Below are positions 20,045 to 31,232 of a stretch of 64,000 bases of DNA, in pieces. A model generated the notes under the pieces. The model was not told the DNA's origin, ran no database searches, and saw only the letters and a program-made list of their open reading frames with translations. The position numbers and the translations under genes are program-made. This DNA is from Thermodesulfovibrionia bacterium (lineage in GTDB: Bacteria; Nitrospirota; Thermodesulfovibrionia; UBA6902): NCBI GenBank assembly GCA_020057065.1, contig JAGVGM010000349.1, positions 28,647 through 92,646 of the forward strand, read 5' to 3'. Position 1 is the stretch's first letter; every line of letters starts with the position of its first letter.

Positions 20045-20356
20045 ATGAACGACGAAAGAGGATTTTCTGCAGGCAGTGTTATTCTTGCATTTGTTTTAGG
20101 AGGTATTGTTGGCGCAGGAGCTGCTCTGCTAATGGCTCCGCAGTCAGGAAGAGAGACCAGGGAGAAGATAAAGGAATTTGCTGACGAGACCAGAAAGAAA
20201 GCAACTGAATATGCAGGACAGGTAAAAGAGAAGGTTTCCTCGGTAGTGGAAGATGGCAAGCATTTTGTGGAAGACAAAAAGTCGTTAATCTCCACCGCAA
20301 TAGACGCTGGTAAAGAAGCGTATCAGAAGGAAAAAGAGAAGCTGTCCAAATCATAA
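20045..20356 (+). CDS. YtxH domain protein
   Basis: FVLGGIVGAGAALLMAPQSGRETR. Confidence 0.9.
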   Translation: MNDERGFSAGSVILAFVLGGIVGAGAALLMAPQSGRETREKIKEFADETRKKATEYAGQVKEKVSSVVEDGKHFVEDKKSLISTAIDAGKEAYQKEKEKLSKS

Positions 20357-23300
20357 TTGATGACAGAAAAGGGAAGAGGAACAGAATTGAGGAGATTCGT
20401 AGGACTTGACGCAGGCTCTGTAAGTGTAAAACTTGCTGTTCTTGATGTTAGGGGAAATATTCTTGAAACGAAGTATGTCAGACACAAAGGCAATCCCCTT
20501 CCTGTCGCGTATGAACTTCTAAAAAATGTAACGCGTGTAGGGGCGTTTCGCGAAACGCCCCTACTTTCCATCACCGGCTCAGCCGGCAAGGTCATTGCCG
20601 GAGCATTCGGCATAAAGCCTGTAAATGAAGTGGTTGCTCTCAGCTATTCAACTAAAAAGCTTTATCCTGAGGTCAGGACCGCTATAGAGATGGGAGGCGA
20701 GGATTCAAAGCTTATCCTTCTTGAAAACGGTGCGATAAAGGAATTTTCGATGAACTCTGCATGCGCTGCAGGAACCGGTTCCTTTATTGACCAGCAGGCT
20801 GAGAGGCTTTTTCTCAGTATCGAAGAGTTCAGTGAACTTTCACTCAGATCAGAGAGCCCTCCGCGAATAGCCGGCAGGTGCAGTGTTTTTGCAAAATCGG
20901 ATATGATCCATCTTCAGCAGATCGCAACACCTGTTGAGGATATTGTTGCGGGACTTTGTTTTGCGGTCGCAAGGAACTTCAAGGGGAGTATCTGCAAAAA
21001 TATGGAGCTGCCTGAGCCTATAAGTTTTCAGGGAGGTGTTGCAGCTAACAAAGGCGTTGTAAGGGCTTTCAGGGAAATATTCAGTACAGAGAACATCATA
21101 ATCCCCGAACATTTTGCGCTAATGCCTGCAATAGGCGCTGTTTTGAAAGATATGGAGGCGGGGATTGAAAATGATTTTGATATCGAAAGACTGAAATTGT
21201 TTATTGAGACCCTGAAAGACGAGGAACAAGGGCATAAACCGCTGAGGGCAGTCAGCAGTCAGCGGTCAGCGGTCAGCAATGTAGGGGCGGGTTTGAAACC
21301 CGCCCCTACGTACTCTAAAAACGCATACCTCGGCATTGACATCGGCTCTATCAGCACGAATCTTGCTGTCATTGATGAAGAAGGAAGGCTGCTTGCAAAG
21401 AGATATCTTATGACTGCAGGGCGGCCTATCGAGGCGGTAAAGAAAGGCCTTGATGAGATAGGCAGTGAGGTTGGAGATAAGGTACATATTTGCGGGGTTG
21501 GGACCACGGGTTCCGGAAGATATATGATAGCGGATTTTGTCGGGGCAGACATTGTCAAAAATGAGATCACAGCCCAGGCCCGTGCTGCCGTAGAAATTGA
21601 CCCTCAGGTTGATACTATCTTTGAGATCGGCGGGCAGGATTCTAAATATATCTCCATAAGGGACGGCATCATTATTGATTTTGAGATGAACAAGGCTTGT
21701 GCCGCAGGCACGGGGTCTTTTATTGAGGAGCAGGCTGAGAAACTTGATATATCGGTAAAAAATGAATTTTCAGAAATTGCATTTCGATCTGAGAAACCCT
21801 GCACGCTCGGAGAAAGATGCACTGTCTTTATGGAGAACTCTCTTCTGTCAAAACAGCAGAGGGGGGCTGCAAAAGAAGACCTTACGGCAGGACTTGCCTA
21901 TTCCATAGTCCAGAACTATATAAACCGTGTTGTTGGCGACAGGGCTATCGGCAAGAGGATATTTTTCCAGGGCGGAGTGGCCTTTAATAAAGCCGTTGTT
22001 GCAGCCTTCGAGAATTATCTTAACAGAGAGATCATTGTACCCCCTGATCATGATGTCACAGGAGCTATAGGAATGGCGAGAATAGCTAAGAAGCACATGG
22101 AAGATCAGCGTTCAGCAATCAGCGTTCAGCAATCAGCAGTAGAGGCAATTCATGAATTGCCCCTACATGAATCCCCCATTACATCTTTCAAAGGTTTTGA
22201 TCTTTCAAAAAGAGACTACGAAATAAAGTCATTTCCCTGTAAGGGTTGTGATAATTTATGCGAGATAAACAGGGTTCAGGTGGAAGGGGAAAAAGAACCT
22301 CTTTACTACGGAAGCAGATGCGAAAAGTATGACATCAAGCGGAAGAAAAATACCTCCTCGGGCATGCCCGATCTTTTTTCAGAAAGAGAAGAACTGCTTA
22401 CAAAAACACATAATGAATATTGTAACAAGTTACGAGTTGCGAGTTACGAGTCAAAGAATAACAACCCATCACCCATTACCCATCACCCGTTAAGGATAAA
22501 AATCGGTATCCCGAGGATATTCTTCTTTCATGACTTCCTTCCTTTCTGGAGCACGCTTCTGTGGGAGCTTGGTTTTGATGTAGAGCTCTCGGCAAATACC
22601 AACAGGCAGATAATAAACAAGGGCGTTGAGAGTATCCTTGCGGAAAGCTGTTTCCCGCATAAGGTTGCGCATGGACACATAAGGGACCTTATGGAAAAGA
22701 ACGTTGACGCTGTTTTTCTCCCGAGTTTTATAAATTTCAACTTTGAAAGTGAAGCGGCCAGCAGTTTTGCCTGTCCTTACGCCCAGACCATGCCGTATAT
22801 TGCCGGTATAGCTTTTGGTGAGGTCAGATTTATTAAACCGATAATAAACCTTGAATATGGCAGGCAAAATCTTGTGAACGAAATCCACAGATCGCTTAAA
22901 CCATTTCATATAACAAAGGCCTCAATTAAAAAGGCGCTCGAAAAGGCAGAAAAGGCTCAAAAGGAATTCACATCTGCGGTCAGGAAACGCGGAGCAGAGG
23001 TCCTTGCGAATATAAAAGAAAGAACGATCGTGATCATAGGGCGTGCATATAACGCATTTGACTCCGGCATAAATCTCGAGATACCGAAAAAACTGGCATT
23101 CCTCGGAGTATTCTCTATCCCTATGGATTATCTTCCTCTGGAAACTGTTGATATCTCCAGTAAATGGACGAATATGTACTGGAGGTCAGGGCAAAATATT
23201 TTGAGAGCCGCTGAATTGATAAGGGATGATCCAAAACTGTTTGCACTCTATATAGGGAATTTTTCATGCGGCCCTGATTCCTTTATACACCACTTTTTTG

Positions 23301-24709
23301 ATGAAACAATGTCAAATAAGCCATTTTTACATATAGAAATAGATGAGCACAGCGCTGACGCCGGAGTAATAACAAGATGTGAGGCATTCCTTGACAGCAT
23401 AGAAGGACAGTGCAGAAGTGCAGAAGTGCAAAAGTGCAAAAGTGCAGAAACAACTTCATCACTTCCGCGCTTCCGCGCTTCCGCGCTTAATAAGCGTACC
23501 GTTTATATACCGAGGATGTCGGATCATGCATTCGGTCTTGCTGCAGCTTTTGAAGCGTGTGGTATCCATGCTGAGGTCATGGAGGCGCCTGATATAGATA
23601 CGGTCGAGATCGGAAGACAGTATGTATCAGGCAAAGAATGTTATCCTTGCGCGATCACAACAGGAGATATGGTGAAAAAGGCAATGTCGGATGATTTTGA
23701 TCCTGACAGGTCTGCATTCTTTATGCCGTCAGGGGCCGGTCCCTGCCGTTTCGGACAATATAATGTTTTTCACAGGATGGTCCTTGATGAAGCCGGATTT
23801 CCGGAGGTACCGATATTTTCGCCAAATCAGGATGAATCACTATATACGGTCCTCGGCATGGTTGGAAAGGAGTTTGCAAAACAGGCCTGGAAAGGGATAA
23901 TTGCGATAGATCTGCTTATAAAGTGTCTTCATGAGACAAGGCCTTATGAGATCAACAAGGGGGAGACGGACTGCCTTTATCAGGAATATCTCGTAAAAAT
24001 CAGTAAGGCATTGAAAAGCAGCAACGGAGCCATGACGAAACTTCTCGATAATATTCTTCGCGATTTTTCTTTAATAAGTAAGACGGAAGAAAAGAGACCC
24101 CTTGTAGGGATTATCGGAGAAATATTTGTGAGGCATAATTCCTTTGCAAATGAGAACATCATAAGAAAGATCGAAGCGCTTGGCGGCGAGGTCTGGCTGG
24201 CTCCTGTTGAAGAATGGATATATTATTTGAATTATACCGCCCTGCGAAAGACTGTAATAGGCCTTCGCAATTCTTTCACACAGAAGCTTGCTGAGGATCT
24301 TTTGAGGACGGTCCTCACACGATATGTTCAGAAGAGAACAGAGCATAAGTATTCCAAAACTTTTACGGGTTTCCTGCATACACTTAAAGAACCTTCTACA
24401 AACGAGATACTGAAGAATGCATCTCCGTATCTTCATGATTCATTTGAAGGGGAGGCTGTCCTGAGCATGGGCAAGGCAGTGGATTACGTCAAACGCGGGG
24501 CCTCAGGCATAATCAGCGCCATGCCCTTCGGTTGCATGCCCGGCACAATAGTTAGCGCCCTTTTGAAAGGGCTTAAGCAGAATAAAAACGTACCATGTCT
24601 GAGCGTTGCATACGATGGGGTCGAGACCACATGTTCGGGGATCCAGCTTGAGGCCTTTATGCATCAGGCCAATGAGTGCATGAAGAATAACGAGAGGAAG
24701 ATCAATTAG
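20357..24709 (+). CDS. CoA-substrate activase (2x BadF/BadG/BcrA/BcrD ATPase + DUF2229 + 2-hydroxyacyl-CoA dehydratase-like domains)
   Basis: GLDAGSVS and GIDIGSIS, EMGGEDSK and EIGGQDSK, CAAGTGSF twice, CFPHK, SCGPD, ECYP, GPCRFGQY, PFGCMPG. Confidence 0.9.
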   Translation: MMTEKGRGTELRRFVGLDAGSVSVKLAVLDVRGNILETKYVRHKGNPLPVAYELLKNVTRVGAFRETPLLSITGSAGKVIAGAFGIKPVNEVVALSYSTKKLYPEVRTAIEMGGEDSKLILLENGAIKEFSMNSACAAGTGSFIDQQAERLFLSIEEFSELSLRSESPPRIAGRCSVFAKSDMIHLQQIATPVEDIVAGLCFAVARNFKGSICKNMELPEPISFQGGVAANKGVVRAFREIFSTENIIIPEHFALMPAIGAVLKDMEAGIENDFDIERLKLFIETLKDEEQGHKPLRAVSSQRSAVSNVGAGLKPAPTYSKNAYLGIDIGSISTNLAVIDEEGRLLAKRYLMTAGRPIEAVKKGLDEIGSEVGDKVHICGVGTTGSGRYMIADFVGADIVKNEITAQARAAVEIDPQVDTIFEIGGQDSKYISIRDGIIIDFEMNKACAAGTGSFIEEQAEKLDISVKNEFSEIAFRSEKPCTLGERCTVFMENSLLSKQQRGAAKEDLTAGLAYSIVQNYINRVVGDRAIGKRIFFQGGVAFNKAVVAAFENYLNREIIVPPDHDVTGAIGMARIAKKHMEDQRSAISVQQSAVEAIHELPLHESPITSFKGFDLSKRDYEIKSFPCKGCDNLCEINRVQVEGEKEPLYYGSRCEKYDIKRKKNTSSGMPDLFSEREELLTKTHNEYCNKLRVASYESKNNNPSPITHHPLRIKIGIPRIFFFHDFLPFWSTLLWELGFDVELSANTNRQIINKGVESILAESCFPHKVAHGHIRDLMEKNVDAVFLPSFINFNFESEAASSFACPYAQTMPYIAGIAFGEVRFIKPIINLEYGRQNLVNEIHRSLKPFHITKASIKKALEKAEKAQKEFTSAVRKRGAEVLANIKERTIVIIGRAYNAFDSGINLEIPKKLAFLGVFSIPMDYLPLETVDISSKWTNMYWRSGQNILRAAELIRDDPKLFALYIGNFSCGPDSFIHHFFDETMSNKPFLHIEIDEHSADAGVITRCEAFLDSIEGQCRSAEVQKCKSAETTSSLPRFRASALNKRTVYIPRMSDHAFGLAAAFEACGIHAEVMEAPDIDTVEIGRQYVSGKECYPCAITTGDMVKKAMSDDFDPDRSAFFMPSGAGPCRFGQYNVFHRMVLDEAGFPEVPIFSPNQDESLYTVLGMVGKEFAKQAWKGIIAIDLLIKCLHETRPYEINKGETDCLYQEYLVKISKALKSSNGAMTKLLDNILRDFSLISKTEEKRPLVGIIGEIFVRHNSFANENIIRKIEALGGEVWLAPVEEWIYYLNYTALRKTVIGLRNSFTQKLAEDLLRTVLTRYVQKRTEHKYSKTFTGFLHTLKEPSTNEILKNASPYLHDSFEGEAVLSMGKAVDYVKRGASGIISAMPFGCMPGTIVSALLKGLKQNKNVPCLSVAYDGVETTCSGIQLEAFMHQANECMKNNERKIN
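20537..20564. repeat. GTAG-type REP palindrome inside CDS (others at 21281-21309 and 22139-22166)
   Basis: GTAGGGGCGTTTCG|CGAAACGCCCCTAC is a perfect 28-bp palindrome. Confidence 0.85.
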
Positions 24710-24875
24710 TGACTGTCAAGTATATAGGTTTCTGTTTCTCTGTCATTTTCGAGTCAATAACATAAAAGCGGAACTTATAAACATATTTTAATTGTAACTG
24801 TAAATTAATTCCTATGAAATCATTTAAGATATATGGTAAACTGTTTATCTAAATTTGAATAAGGAGGTGAATTAT

Positions 24876-24968
24876 TTGGGAAGTGTAGTTAAGTGGCGTA
24901 AGAAGAAGATGAGCAAGCATAAACATAAGAAGCTTCTTAAAAAGACTAAACATCAGAGGAGAAAATAA
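24876..24968 (+). CDS. Small basic protein, AURKAIP1/COX24 (bS22-like ribosomal protein), not in ORF track
   Basis: TTG start after AGGAGGTGA; MGSVVKWRKKKMSKHKHKKLLKKTKHQRRK*. Confidence 0.85.
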   Translation: MGSVVKWRKKKMSKHKHKKLLKKTKHQRRK

Positions 24969-25339
24969 GCTTTGTTCTTATTCGTTATTTTACCTTTATC
25001 CCATCGATGTTAAAAAAGGCGCAGGCTAAGCTTGTTGCCTTCTCTCCATTTTTATCTCTTTCAATCTTATTGAAATCCTGATTCAAGATAACCACAAGTC
25101 TAATTACTTGATAATGCCTGTAGCTTCTAACAGGGTAGCTTATTCCTGTCATTCCGGCTTGTCCAGAATCATTCTTTTAATAATATCAGAAGAAAACGAT
25201 TCCGAACAAGTCGGAATGACATCAATTTGTCTTCTAATATTTCTATAAATTATTTTCTTAAATATACATGTTTAACTGCCTGTGAAATAAGGTTAATTCT
25301 GGAGCATAAGAATTTGGCTGTTTTGACATAAAAAATAGC

Positions 25340-25368
25340 TTGATAGAAAATGTCCAATGGTATATATT
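25340..25368 (+). promoter_or_regulatory. Putative sigma70 promoter of smc
   Basis: TTGATA-17 bp-TATATT. Confidence 0.5.
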
Positions 25369-25381
25369 ATTCAGAGTAAAA

Positions 25382-25429
25382 ACACATCATCTTGTGATGT
25401 GAGTAGAGGAAATTCACTATATTTAGTGT
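25382..25429. promoter_or_regulatory. Tandem NrdR-box-like operators
   Basis: ACACATCATCTTGTGA (25382) and TCACTATATTTAGTGT (25414), 32 bp start-to-start; consensus ACACwATATmTwGTGT. Confidence 0.65.
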
Positions 25430-25553
25430 ATAGTGCTTCATTTAAAGCTCAAAGAATAACTTGATTATAAAGGGACAAAATATATAGAGGCATAAGCCTC
25501 TTATACAAGGGTAGGGGCGAGAATTAAATTTTTCATAAAAAGGAATTAAAACT

Positions 25554-28500
25554 ATGCGTGTAGAAAGACTGGAATTGATCGGCTTTAAATCATTTGCAGA
25601 AAAGACTATATTTAATTTTCATCCTGGAGTAACCGCTATTGTTGGCCCAAATGGCTGCGGTAAGAGCAATATTGTCGATGCCTTCAGATGGGTTCTGGGT
25701 GAGCAAAGCGCAAAAAGCCTGCGCGGAGACAGTATGGAGGATGTAATATTTCAGGGTTCAGCAACGAAGAAGACAAAGGGCATGGCAGAGGTCACACTTG
25801 TGCTTTCAGATATCGTTAAAAATCCTTCAAACGGTTCTGAGGATGATAATAAAACAGTCATGAGCGAGATAGCTGTTACAAGGCGTCTTTACAGGTCGGG
25901 AGAAAGCGAGTACCTGATGAACAAGGTCCAGTGCAGGCTCAAGGACATTAAAAATGTGCTTCTTGATACAGGTCTTGAACTAAAGGCTTACTCTATTCTC
26001 GAACAGGGGAAAATGGATCACATTCTGAATTCAAAGCCCCAGGACAGAAGGTTCCTGATCGAAGAAATTGCAGGTGTGATGAAATACAAAGTAAGAAGGA
26101 CTGAGGCATTAAACAAGCTTGAGGCTTCCAAGTCCAATCTGCAGAGGCTGCAGGATATTATAGTTGAGGTAAAAAGACAGATAAATGCGGTGGACAGACA
26201 TGCCAGGAAGGCGGAGAAATACAAGAAATTACTTGAAGAGATAAAAGATATAGAATTACGCATTGCAAAAAGGGACCTCGAAGAAATGCAAAATGAAATA
26301 TCCGGGCTCATTATGTCGGAAGATGCAAGTAAGGCAAGGGAAGCTGAGGTCTTTGCAAATCTTCATTCAACTGAGGCGTTAATAGAAGAGAAAAAACGAT
26401 TGTGTGTTGATAATGAAAGGCATCTTAATGAAGTCAAGATGAAACTTTACTCCCTTGAAAAACAGGTCGCTGAGGATGAGGGTAAGATAGCATTGCTTAA
26501 GAGTGACAGCGAAAACCTGAGAGAGAAACACGGATACCTTCTGAAACAGGACGGCGAGCTTTCCTTACAAAAAGAAACTGCTTTTAATTCTGCACAGGAG
26601 AAGGAGGCAGAGATATCGGAGATGAGCGGTGAAATAACGAACCTTGAGACAGTGCTTGAAGATAAGAACAGGGTGTTCACTGATTCAGACAACGGGATAA
26701 AAGGCCAGGAGAACGATGTAGAGGTTCAGAGGAGAAATCTTTTCAATAAGGCAGAGGAGATCAGCAGTGTAAAGAATGAGATCAGTCATTTGTCATTCAG
26801 CATTGAAAATATCTCCCGTAAGACCCAGAAAAGTTCGCAGGACATCAATTCACTGCAGGACAGCATAGTATCACTGCAAACAGCAATTGATGATACCCGG
26901 AAAGAACATCTGAATGTTTCTGCTGAACTGAACGAATCCAGAAAGATAAAGGAAGTGCTTGCCGACAGATTGAGAGAAAAGAAACAGGAACTTTCGGCAG
27001 GCGAAGAAACACTTTACAGGGAGAGGGAAGACCTGGCTGTGATGGGGTCCAGGCTTGATTCTCTGAGGGAACTGGACCAGATACAGCGGAGTTCTCTCGA
27101 TGAAAATATAAGGGCTGTGTGTCAGGTAGCAGATATATTTGAAACATCATCTCAGTACGAGACCGCCATAGAAGCGATCCTTGGAGACAAACTGAATGCG
27201 GCAGTCGTCGAAGGCCGGGATATGATCGAAAAGGCCCTGCAATATGTCAGGGAACAGAAATCGAAACGAAGCTGTTTTATATCCGTAGACACAAAGAACA
27301 TATCTGCACTGGAGCCGAAGAACATCACCGGCAGCGGAATTATCGGAGAGGCGATCAAATTTGTTACGGTGAGAGACGGGTTCCAGCAAATAGCGGCATC
27401 ACTGTTAAGCAATGTGGTGCTTGTTGATAAACTGAATACCGCGTTCTCCCTCCGCGAGTCGGATACAGACCTGGGAAAGTACTATTTTGTCACGCTTGAA
27501 GGAGAAGTGCTGGAACCGTCAGGCATTGTCTTTGGCGGCAGAGGAAGAGAGGTCCTCAGGATAAAGAGGATGATAAAAGAGATGGAGCAGGATATTTCAG
27601 TGAAGAAGGAAATGGTCCTGACCGCCGAGGGAAATGTATCGGATCACAAGAAGGATATCGTGTCTATAGAAAACGACATCATCTCAACTGATGCAGGAAT
27701 ATCGGGTCAGGAAAAATACTGCCATGCGCTGGAGGTAAAGACAGAGAACCTGATTGAGGAGAACGACAGGATCATAAAGAAACATGAATATATATCACTC
27801 GAAATAAATGATGATCATGCCGAGAAGAACAATTTAGAGAACCTGCTCGGGATAAAGAACTCCGAACTCGGAAAGCTCGAAAGAGAAAAACTCGAAATTG
27901 AAGGGAAAATAAGTTCTGTCCAGGAGACAATTGCAGGCAGGCGCGAAGCGCTCGAAACGCTTCGTTCTGAACTGACCGAGATAAAACTCAATCTCACATC
28001 GACCAGAGAAAAGATATCTTCAATAAACAGAGAGATCGGAAGACTCAATCATTTCATTATTGATGTTGAAAAGAAAAAGGAAGAAATGTTCGAGGAACGT
28101 TTCAGTATTGAAAAAGACATCGTGGAGAAGGAGCAGGAAGTTGCTGAAAAAGAAGGTATGATGGCGTCCAAAGTTGTAGTAATAAGTGAGCTGCAAAGCG
28201 AGGTATCAAAAGTCAGCGAAATACTCGAGGCAAAAACAGCAGAGCTTGCGATCATTGAAAGACAGCAGAGATCGCTTGCCGCTGAACTTGAATCAGTCCG
28301 TAACGAACTGAATCACACAGAGATGAAGAAGATGGAATTGACAATGAGACTTAATTACCTCAGGGAAGATATCAGGAAAACTTATTCTGTTGAGATTGAA
28401 ACTGCTGATATTACAAGTGTTGTAACAGCGGAAGAAGTGGAAAATCTTATTCATATCAAGGAGCGTCTGCAGGAAATAGGCCCTGTGAGCCTCGGCACTC

Positions 28501-29075
28501 TCGATGAATATGCAGAGCTTAAATTAAGATATGATTTCCTGTCAAAGCAGAGTGAGGACCTTTTAGCTTCCATTGAAGCTTTACAGGATACGATACAGAA
28601 AATAAACAGGACTACACAGGCCAGGTTAAATGAGGCTTTTAATCTGCTCAATGAGAAATTCCGTGAGGTGTTTACAACGCTTTTTGGAAAGGGAAGGGCC
28701 GAACTCCATCTTACGGAAGGGAATATCTTGGATGCAGGTATTGAGATCGTGGCCCAGCCGCCCGGCAAGAGACTGCAGAATCTCATGCTGCTTTCAGGCG
28801 GTGAGAAGGCATTGACAGCTCTTTCACTGCTCTTTGCAGGTTTTATGATAAAGCCGACGCCTCTGTGCATATTGGACGAGGTGGATGCGCCGCTTGATGA
28901 GGCAAATACAGACAGGTTCATTAATCTCTTAAAAGAGCTCTCAAAGGGGATCCAGTTCATTACAATCACTCATAACAGACGTACCATGGAAGCAGCCAAT
29001 TATATTTATGGCATAACCATGGAAGAGCCGGGCTCTTCAAAGGTTGTTTCGATGCATTTTACTGAGACAGTTTAA
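25554..29075 (+). CDS. smc: Chromosome segregation protein SMC
   Basis: [14 protein letters not shown], long coiled coils with hinge, [14 protein letters not shown]. Confidence 0.97.
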   Translation: MRVERLELIGFKSFAEKTIFNFHPGVTAIVGPNGCGKSNIVDAFRWVLGEQSAKSLRGDSMEDVIFQGSATKKTKGMAEVTLVLSDIVKNPSNGSEDDNKTVMSEIAVTRRLYRSGESEYLMNKVQCRLKDIKNVLLDTGLELKAYSILEQGKMDHILNSKPQDRRFLIEEIAGVMKYKVRRTEALNKLEASKSNLQRLQDIIVEVKRQINAVDRHARKAEKYKKLLEEIKDIELRIAKRDLEEMQNEISGLIMSEDASKAREAEVFANLHSTEALIEEKKRLCVDNERHLNEVKMKLYSLEKQVAEDEGKIALLKSDSENLREKHGYLLKQDGELSLQKETAFNSAQEKEAEISEMSGEITNLETVLEDKNRVFTDSDNGIKGQENDVEVQRRNLFNKAEEISSVKNEISHLSFSIENISRKTQKSSQDINSLQDSIVSLQTAIDDTRKEHLNVSAELNESRKIKEVLADRLREKKQELSAGEETLYREREDLAVMGSRLDSLRELDQIQRSSLDENIRAVCQVADIFETSSQYETAIEAILGDKLNAAVVEGRDMIEKALQYVREQKSKRSCFISVDTKNISALEPKNITGSGIIGEAIKFVTVRDGFQQIAASLLSNVVLVDKLNTAFSLRESDTDLGKYYFVTLEGEVLEPSGIVFGGRGREVLRIKRMIKEMEQDISVKKEMVLTAEGNVSDHKKDIVSIENDIISTDAGISGQEKYCHALEVKTENLIEENDRIIKKHEYISLEINDDHAEKNNLENLLGIKNSELGKLEREKLEIEGKISSVQETIAGRREALETLRSELTEIKLNLTSTREKISSINREIGRLNHFIIDVEKKKEEMFEERFSIEKDIVEKEQEVAEKEGMMASKVVVISELQSEVSKVSEILEAKTAELAIIERQQRSLAAELESVRNELNHTEMKKMELTMRLNYLREDIRKTYSVEIETADITSVVTAEEVENLIHIKERLQEIGPVSLGTLDEYAELKLRYDFLSKQSEDLLASIEALQDTIQKINRTTQARLNEAFNLLNEKFREVFTTLFGKGRAELHLTEGNILDAGIEIVAQPPGKRLQNLMLLSGGEKALTALSLLFAGFMIKPTPLCILDEVDAPLDEANTDRFINLLKELSKGIQFITITHNRRTMEAANYIYGITMEEPGSSKVVSMHFTETV

Positions 29076-29249
29076 GCGCAGGAGAAGTCGGAGAATCTTA
29101 CACTATATAATTACCTTTCAAGTTAAATGTCGGTCAATATTACATAGTTATTTTTTCAACCACTTGATTTAAAGTATATTCTAAGTTTATTATTCGAGCA
29201 TGAAATTTGCTTATACTAATGTGTAATTAGAATATGCTCGGTTGAATTT

Positions 29250-29576
29250 ATGGAAAGAAGACAATCCGCAAGAGTACCGGTTAATTTAAACGCAAAGATT
29301 ATCTCAGAAGATAAAGTATTCGATGGAATGATAGAAAATATGTCAGAAGACGGTCTTGAATATTTTATGACCTCTTTTGTTAAAGTCACAAGCAATTTTA
29401 CTCCCGCCAAATCTATTAAATTGAATTTTCAAATCCCGTCAGGTGAGATGTTGAACCTGAATTGCGAATTGATATGGTTTTTGGAAACTTCACCGGACGA
29501 AAAACTGTTAGGTATGAAAGTTTTAAATCCACCTCTGACATACAGAAAGATAATAAAGCAGTCCAGTTATTCATAA
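29250..29576 (+). CDS. PilZ domain protein
   Basis: ERRQSAR (RxxxR) and NMSEDG ((D/N)xSxxG). Confidence 0.85.
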   Translation: MERRQSARVPVNLNAKIISEDKVFDGMIENMSEDGLEYFMTSFVKVTSNFTPAKSIKLNFQIPSGEMLNLNCELIWFLETSPDEKLLGMKVLNPPLTYRKIIKQSSYS

Positions 29577-29584
29577 AAGGTTCT

Positions 29585-31162
29585 TTATTTTTGTGCAGGT
29601 AAATCTATTATAACGTTAGTAAACTTTCCTTCAATGCTTTCTATTTTAATCCTGCCGCCGTGATCGCTGATTATCCCATGGCTGATGCTCAGCCCCAGTC
29701 CCGTTCCCTCACTGGCGGATTTAGTCGTAAAAAAAGGATCAATTACCCTGTCCTTTATCTCCGCCGGTATTCCGGCGCCCTGATCATGAAAAATTATCCG
29801 TACATATTGAGCAGTATTTTCCGTAAAAGCCTCAGCAAATATCTTGATCATTTTATCGTTATGTGCTCCCGGATATTTCCGGTTCAATCCATAGCATGCA
29901 TTACTGATGAGATTCAGAAACACCTGCTCGATATGCTGAGGCTGAGCATTAATGCGGGGCAGAGAGGGATCAATATTTAATGCGAGCTTTATCCCGTCCT
30001 TTTTTAAGAGTGTTTCAGTCAGGGCCAGTGAATCAGACAATATTTCACTGAGGTGAACAGGTTTTTTTTCATCTTTACTTTCACGGGCAAATGAAAGAAG
30101 GCTTCTGACAATCCCTGCGATCCGGTCGCCTTCTTTGATTATACGGTTTGCGATCTCATACTCTTTGCTTTCTTTACCGAATTTATTCAGCAGGATCTGC
30201 GCATAGTTGATAATGCCGTTTATCGGGTTATTAACCTCATGAGCCACGCCTGCAGCAAGTCTGCCTACCGAAGCGAGGTGTTCAGCCCGCAGTAGCTCTG
30301 AATAAAGCGTTACATTATCGGTAACGTCGATCAGGCTGAGGACCAGCCCGCTGATTCTGCCGTCCGCATCTTTGACAGGTTTCAGACTCCAGTCTTGGAA
30401 TGTCGTTCCCCGTTCAGGATGTTTTGCCGGTCTTGCTCTTGCAAAGTAAGGCTTGCCGGTTTCGATTACTTTACGGAAAATAGCTACGTTCTCCTCAGTC
30501 GGGTACAGGTCAAAGTGATTTTTGCCGGTAAAGAATTCCTGTTCCCTGCCGTCTGCTTCAGCGTATTTGTTGTTCACCCTGATGAAGTTGAAATCCGTAT
30601 CCATATACGCAATCAGGACGTGGACGTTAGAGAAAACGTTTTCGAGCAGCTCATTGATCTTTTTCCGTTGAGCGCTCTCTTGTAAAAGGGCTGTGTTGCT
30701 CTTCTGCAGTTCCGCGGTGCGTTCTTCCACTAATTCCATAAGCAACTCCCGATGTCTCCTTAATTCTTCTTCTATCTGCTTGCGCTCAATGGCGTACCGC
30801 AATGAACGTACAAGCTGGCTGCTCTCTATCCTGTATTTGACCAGATAGTCCTGGACGCCGAGCTGCAGGGCTGAAACAGCCGTCTTTTCGTCGTCAAGTC
30901 CGGTTAACATTACAACCGGTATCAGAGGCGCAGCCTTTTTTATTTCATGAACCGAATCAAGTCCGCTGCTGTCCGGGAGACCGATATCCAGAAGGATCAC
31001 GTCATGAGTATTATTGGACAGGGAATCGAGTCCATCCGAAAGGCTGCAGGAATGCTCAAGCGAAAAAAGCTGCAACTTCGATTCCGCAAGCATTTCACCT
31101 ATCAGCCTGGCGTCCCCGGGGTTGTCTTCGATCAGGAGAACATGAATCTCTTTTTTATGCAT
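29585..31162 (-). CDS. Hybrid sensor kinase (REC-PAS-HisKA-HATPase)
   Basis: LLIEDNPGD, AHEVNNP, DPFFTTK, GTGLGL. Confidence 0.9.
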   Translation of the reverse strand: MHKKEIHVLLIEDNPGDARLIGEMLAESKLQLFSLEHSCSLSDGLDSLSNNTHDVILLDIGLPDSSGLDSVHEIKKAAPLIPVVMLTGLDDEKTAVSALQLGVQDYLVKYRIESSQLVRSLRYAIERKQIEEELRRHRELLMELVEERTAELQKSNTALLQESAQRKKINELLENVFSNVHVLIAYMDTDFNFIRVNNKYAEADGREQEFFTGKNHFDLYPTEENVAIFRKVIETGKPYFARARPAKHPERGTTFQDWSLKPVKDADGRISGLVLSLIDVTDNVTLYSELLRAEHLASVGRLAAGVAHEVNNPINGIINYAQILLNKFGKESKEYEIANRIIKEGDRIAGIVRSLLSFARESKDEKKPVHLSEILSDSLALTETLLKKDGIKLALNIDPSLPRINAQPQHIEQVFLNLISNACYGLNRKYPGAHNDKMIKIFAEAFTENTAQYVRIIFHDQGAGIPAEIKDRVIDPFFTTKSASEGTGLGLSISHGIISDHGGRIKIESIEGKFTNVIIDLPAQK

Positions 31163-31232
31163 AAATTAAAAAATACAGATCAAAATGTAAAAAAGTACTT
31201 TAAGCCTATCGGGCTTAATTTTTCAATTTATC

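Noticed and set aside
21248-23488. Short tandem repeats and palindromes as a CRISPR array
   Set aside because: No constant repeat with unique spacers, and no cas genes.
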